A stretch of 64,000 bases of DNA from Lepidodermella squamata (Eukaryota; Animalia; Gastrotricha), in NCBI GenBank assembly GCA_047495785.1, contig JBLDXI010000033.1:434001-498000 (forward strand), written 5' to 3'. The position numbers and the translations under genes are program-made. The notes under the pieces were generated by a model. That model had not been told where the DNA came from. It made no database searches and saw only the letters and a list, made by a program, of their open reading frames with translations. Positions 59,173 through 64,000 of this stretch are shown here, in pieces (position 1 is the stretch's first letter; each line of letters opens with the position of its first letter).

Positions 59173-59618
59173 CTAGTCGTGTGGCCGAAAGGGTGTCCAA
59201 TCGGGATAAGGTGAATAAAGAATTTAGTAATTTACCTGTGTAGGGTAATGCGAGTTTCAGTAAATAAAATTCACACCTTACACCGGACTTGGCAAATTAA
59301 ATTTAAAAGAGCTGATATAGGAAAAAGTTTCCGCTGCTATTTTTTAGCGGCTTTTTTCACCAGGTCAGATCTGGTCCGCGTAGTAGATTTAGTCTTGCTC
59401 TCCCTTTTATGCAAAACGTCACTTAGTTTACGTCGATAATGTTTGCCTGAAGGCTTTTAAAAGCTGCACTATCAAAAAATCGATTATTTAAGGACTGACC
59501 GTGTAACAAAGCAGTCCGCTTACAGTGTGATCCCTTAGGCATTCACAGCAAAAATAAAACAACAGCTAATTTGCAAATATTAGCCAGTATAATTTTGAAG
59601 TTTTCATACTCAATAGGC

Positions 59619-60830
59619 ATGGTTGAAATTTATTTGGTTATTCTGAGTATTCTCAGCTGTTTCGTTTCAAATATTCTTACAAGAACAACAATGCAGTCGA
59701 AAACTACAATGGAAATTATTGATGAAGTAACGCGGGGAAAAACAGCAGATATCCTGAAAGCCTGCCCTCACCTTTCGCCAGAATACTCATCGCCAACGTG
59801 TTCCTTCATGGCGTATTTCCAGGACGTGAAGCTCTGCAATTCCGTTAACACAACACTTACGTTTACTCCGCATCAGCTAATTGGCATCGACGATTTTGCA
59901 GAGACTTTCGCTGTTAGCGGCTCGTTACGCCTTTCCTGGAAAATTCCTTGCCCTGGTTATATGCAAGACAAAGATACTACAATTTTCATCGATGAACGCT
60001 TCTTCTGGCGGCCTCTAGTTCACAACTACAACTCACGCGGCAACTTCGACTCATTTACCAAGCAATTTTACATGAAAATCGATTCAGGCGGAATGATGAG
60101 TTTCGACTATCTCTACTTCGGTGACTTTTGGTCGACTTGTAAGATGAAATTGGCCGATTTTCCTTATGATTCTCAAACCTGCTCTATTGAATTTATAATT
60201 CAGCAGTCCACCAAAGGAGGAGTGATTTCTAAAGCCGAGTTAAGCTTTGTTCCTGGTCGACTTCTTTTAGACTCGTCTGACAACTGGTTTCTCCTCAGGA
60301 CTGTCAATTACACTGACGTTTTGAAGTTGAATGGCGAAAATGCCAGTTTAGCCTCATTTGAGTTCACCTTTGAAAGGAATCCTTCTTTCTACGTTTCGAA
60401 CATTATGAATCCTTGTTGTGTATTGGCAGCTTTGCAAATTATTGCTCTATTACTTCCTCCGAACAAAATTGAGAGACCAATATTTCAAGCACTATTACTG
60501 CTAGCTGTTACAATGTTTCACGACCAAGCGTTGACTCGGCTGCCAGTGAAACCTCAACGCATTTATCTGATAACTTATGTTGATCTGCTCGCTATGTTTT
60601 CCATTCTTTGCACTGTGTATTCTTTGGTTTTTTGTGGCTTGATCGCTTCACAGTCTGAGTACTTCAACGGTGTGCTTTTTCGACACCTGAAACCACAATA
60701 TCGATTATCGCGTAGGCGGTTAGTGGACTTTTTTGCTCTTCTTATCGCTGTTATCGCATTTATGGCTATTCATGTTTTTGCACTCAGTTATGTTGATGTT
60801 ACTCCAATTTCTATGACATCTCAGCCATAG
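59619..60830 (+). CDS. Divergent intronless Cys-loop ligand-gated ion channel subunit (subgroup G)
   Basis: ATG 59619; Cys-loop CKMKLADFPYDSQTC; atypical M2 IERPIFQALLLLAVTMFH. Confidence 0.9.
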   Translation: MVEIYLVILSILSCFVSNILTRTTMQSKTTMEIIDEVTRGKTADILKACPHLSPEYSSPTCSFMAYFQDVKLCNSVNTTLTFTPHQLIGIDDFAETFAVSGSLRLSWKIPCPGYMQDKDTTIFIDERFFWRPLVHNYNSRGNFDSFTKQFYMKIDSGGMMSFDYLYFGDFWSTCKMKLADFPYDSQTCSIEFIIQQSTKGGVISKAELSFVPGRLLLDSSDNWFLLRTVNYTDVLKLNGENASLASFEFTFERNPSFYVSNIMNPCCVLAALQIIALLLPPNKIERPIFQALLLLAVTMFHDQALTRLPVKPQRIYLITYVDLLAMFSILCTVYSLVFCGLIASQSEYFNGVLFRHLKPQYRLSRRRLVDFFALLIAVIAFMAIHVFALSYVDVTPISMTSQP

Positions 60831-60916
60831 AAAGCGTGAGTTCATCGTCCCTTCTGAAATATAATAAAGTAAGAATTCAGCTTTCAGCTACGAAAATGAT
60901 GTTTGGCGTCATTTCA

Positions 60917-62756
60917 TTAGAAAAATACACAAGTGATAACACATGTGAGCGAAAGTGATGCGCAAAAGATAAAATACGCAAGTGAGGGTAATTCATGGGA
61001 AGTCGTCCACCATGGTAACGATTTTGTCGTTATAGTTTGAATCGAAAAGTCAAACGGGTCGACAGCAAAGAGGTCTCGAACTCGTTCAAGGCTAGCGTTA
61101 GTAGCAGCGGGTTGAATACCAGTGACATATGCCATGATTGCGTAGATATCTTTCGTCTCGAACATTTGAGTCGCTTTGAAGCCACCTTGTTTAAAAGCTG
61201 GACCGCGAGCCATGAAAAGAGGTTGCATAACGGTTTCTTTAGGGTCGTATCCATGGGAGGAGCTGCCAGACGAGTTTGCTGACTAGAAATGATTGGAAGA
61301 CATACTGTGGCCAAAAAATGATTAGAATTGCTTACTCTATGCATGTAAACCCCGACTTTACACAAGATTATAATGTCTGGGATTCTGTCGTTGTTTGAAA
61401 AATGTAACTCGAGCGGAACGTCTTTCTTCCAATAAACATTGAAGAGGCCAGTTTTCTGACTTGCTCTTGTCAAATTAGCCATAACGTCATCAGCTCGTCC
61501 TACCTTTGGTCTTACCCCCACATAGGCACCAAACATGTTCGGCTACAAACAAGTTACCACAAAGTAACGGAAGTACGAAAATAGTATGCAATGACCAAAT
61601 AGATTCAAACCCAAGCCATGAGAATTGACTATTGTCGTTGGAAATAAAAAATCCGAAACAATATATCGATGGAGATATTAGGTAATGTAAGTCTAGCCCA
61701 GATACCACTGGATTTTTCGGGGTTTTCCGCTAAATTATTGTTTTTAATCAGTAAAATCGCGCTTATAGGATGAGGCATGGATGAGGGATGTAGATCATTT
61801 TCCAGCAAAGTGTTTTAACTTTTGGGATATTAGACACACAGCAGGAAATGATATTAAAACTTACATATTCAATGCTCGCCATATCAACGTAATCACCGAT
61901 GAATATCATATTTTCTATGATAGCCATCCCATGATCAGCAAGGGTGATTATGTTCAAGTTCTCGTTGTTGAGACCGGCTTCTTCCAAATAGCGAAGAATC
62001 TTGGACAAGTATTGATCCGCTGCTTTCAGAGATTTTTTCACCGTATCAGATTGCGGTTTATTCTGATGTGAGACGTAGTCCGGCTCGTTGTTGTAGAGGA
62101 GGGCCAGGTCAACGTTTTCTATCGCTAAACAACGCACGGTTTCATTGATTCTTTCTTCGAATGTCACCTTGGTGTCATAAACCGCTCTGTGGAAGTCAGG
62201 ATACCCCATCGCGAATTCGACCATAGAACCGGGCCAATACGATACCGCAGTTCGCTTGTTACCTGTTCGTCGAGCTGCGATCCAAATAGGCTCAGCTTGA
62301 TCCCAGAATGCGGTATCGGTGCTGGAGACGTTGAATGTTCTGTTCAATTTTGGATCGTAAAAGCTGCTAGAGACAATGCCGTGGCTCTCAGGATACATGC
62401 CAGTAACAATAGACCCTGCAAATATAATGGTGGAACTATAAAACTTTAATCAATTACTAACAGTGATTGGGGAGGGTGTCGCTCGGGAAGACGCTTCGAG
62501 TAAGTTCGGAAATCAGTCCGCTTGTCCCGAAGGCTTTGAAAGTTGGCAGGTCATTCTCAGTTAAATAGAGTCTGCGGAATCCGTCAAATGAGATCACCAG
62601 GAGCTTTTGATTCAGCCCTCTTATTTCAGCCGAATCGACAAGATTAATTACAAGATACAGCCCCAAATGTATCAGAAGTGACGTTTTGTATACAACATCT
62701 TCACTGTTTTGAATGACTAGTGTGATATATTCGCATTGATGAGTTAAGCCTTGCAT
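60917..62756 (-). CDS. Ectonucleotide pyrophosphatase/phosphodiesterase (ENPP4-7-like), multi-exon
   Basis: KLLVISFDGFR, FPSDTLPNH|WSIVTGMYPESHGIV, EPDYVSH, ADHGM, HGYD..MQPLFMARGPAFK; C-terminal hydrophobic anchor. Start codon uncertain. Confidence 0.9.
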
Positions 62757-62962
62757 CAAGCAATATAGTATGTATTTTTAAGGAACAGCTGAAAAAATGC
62801 GTTATTGCAGTTCTAACACGCAAATTTAATTTTTAATTTTATTAAGGCTTAAGGCATTCAGAGTAATGTCATAACATCATAGTCACGAAACAGCAAATGC
62901 GACAAAACAGCGAATACGTCGAAACAGCGCTAATAAAACCACGTACTTACACAAAAAGCGCG

Positions 62963-63596
62963 CTATTTATTATTGGAGGGTAAATTCGTCAACAAAAACT
63001 CAATCGGGGTGTTCGGATATTTAGCTTTCTTGAGTCCAAAAGGCGAATTAATCGTAAACAGGTAAGCTTCGAGGGTAGCAGAGTCAGCAATAGGGTTATC
63101 AATAATTGCCTCGCAGATTTTCTTCAACGCTTTGTTATGCCTCTCTACCTGTGGGTAGGTCCGCTTGAAGGGTAGCCCACTAAGCCCAGCCATGAGTCGG
63201 CCATCACTCAGATCCGGCTCCTTCTTGAAAAAGGAAATAATTTCGTACGGTGACGGGTGGGGCTTACCCACAAATTCCTGGAAGGATTTGTGCCAAACCT
63301 CCGCCTTGTTGTCTGAGGCCGGCAACACACGGACTTAACATTTCCAGAGTGCCGTGTCGAATCACGGGTTGGTATTAACCACCTTATGCCGATATAATCC
63401 AACATAATTATTTTCGAAATATTCGTAAAGCTGAATTAGGCCGTTCTCTTTTTTCTGCCACAGAAGGAGCCTGCAACAAGATCAAGCGGTAGAAGCGCAA
63501 TGCGGGCAGATATTTGCCCCATCTTTTCACCATCGGATTGCTGTTGTTTGCACCCTGCAATCCATATGCGCAAACATGACGGTTGACAGCCTGCAA
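62963..63596 (-). mobile_element. Degraded Mutator-like (MULE) transposase C-terminal remnant
   Basis: Three broken frames: ..YLPAL.F, LDYIGIRWL and NKAEVWHKSF..KPHPSPYEIISFFKKE. The last resembles the MULE TNN..E.WH..F...HP....I...K.E tail. Stops and frameshifts are present. Confidence 0.65.
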
Positions 63597-63647
63597 AACA
63601 ATTTTAACGGCCGGGAATTACGCCAGACAGGGCTGCAAAACCTGCGA

Positions 63648-63747
63648 AATTTCCCGCGCACTTTCTCAAAATTTCCCGCTAATTTTGATCCATTTTAGCA
63701 AATTTTCCTGCAATTAACTGTCATTTTTCGAAAATTTCCCGCGCACA
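63648..63747. repeat. Short dispersed direct repeats (aaatttcccgc), possibly transposon subterminal motifs
   Basis: aaatttcccgcgcac occurs twice, with aaatttcccgct and aaattttcctgc variants in between. Confidence 0.5.
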
Positions 63748-64000
63748 TTGAGCCACAAAATGCCTTTTTAGCTGGACGTCTTTATTATGGACGCACCCGA
63801 AAGAGTGGCTAATGAAATTGATACCGATAAGTCACTTGTCGACGAATTGACCGATTGACGAAGCGACGCATCGACGGGCAATAAAAAACGAATGATGAAC
63901 AGCTACACACACAAACATAAATGCACTTGCTGCGCAACAAAAAATGGCAAAGATTCATTTGCTCGGCAAAACCGACCTATAATGAAAACTAATAACCATA

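Noticed and set aside
3759-60830. Assigning nAChR/CHRNA, 5-HT3 or GABA receptor gene symbols
   Set aside because: The diagnostic ligand-binding residues are missing and orthology cannot be established without a phylogeny.
3759-60830. Bacterial origin or contamination suggested by intronless, closely packed ORFs and short M3-M4 loops
   Set aside because: The proteins have a true disulfide Cys-loop, are followed by AATAAA signals and are interleaved with spliced animal genes such as nuclear receptors.
495-62449. Numerous 60-140 aa antisense or alternate-frame ORFs overlapping real genes
   Set aside because: They are shadow ORFs of coding sequence with no independent domain signatures.
1-64000. 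Naming the host species or phylum
   Set aside because: Short introns and gene content indicate a compact-genome invertebrate but are not diagnostic without a database search.

Overview
Eukaryotic DNA from a compact-genome invertebrate animal: neighbouring genes have many ~45-75 nt GT-AG introns, and the species cannot be identified from the sequence. The window is dominated by a tandem array of 22 intronless, highly divergent Cys-loop (pentameric ligand-gated ion channel) subunit genes: 20 intact on the + strand, one split by a 3.5 kb Sola1-like DNA transposon (16-bp TIRs, ACTT duplication), and one frameshifted pseudogene on the - strand. The subunits keep the C-x13-C Cys-loop and four TM helices. 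They lack the acetylcholine-binding signature (loop C Cys-Cys, loop B Trp), carry a family-specific four-cysteine N-terminal motif, have only a ~20-25 aa M3-M4 linker, and are often packed 70-165 bp apart. This looks like a lineage-specific, probably chemosensory receptor expansion analogous to cephalopod chemotactile receptors (inference). Embedded in the array are a ~13 kb multi-exon mosaic gene (fibrinogen-C, C-type lectin, sushi, LamG-like, Cys-rich CGNG..CDDGN repeats, WSC) and three divergent nuclear receptors with an unusual CDACKK P-box plus a remnant. The window ends with an ENPP-family ectonucleotide phosphodiesterase and a degraded MULE transposase.
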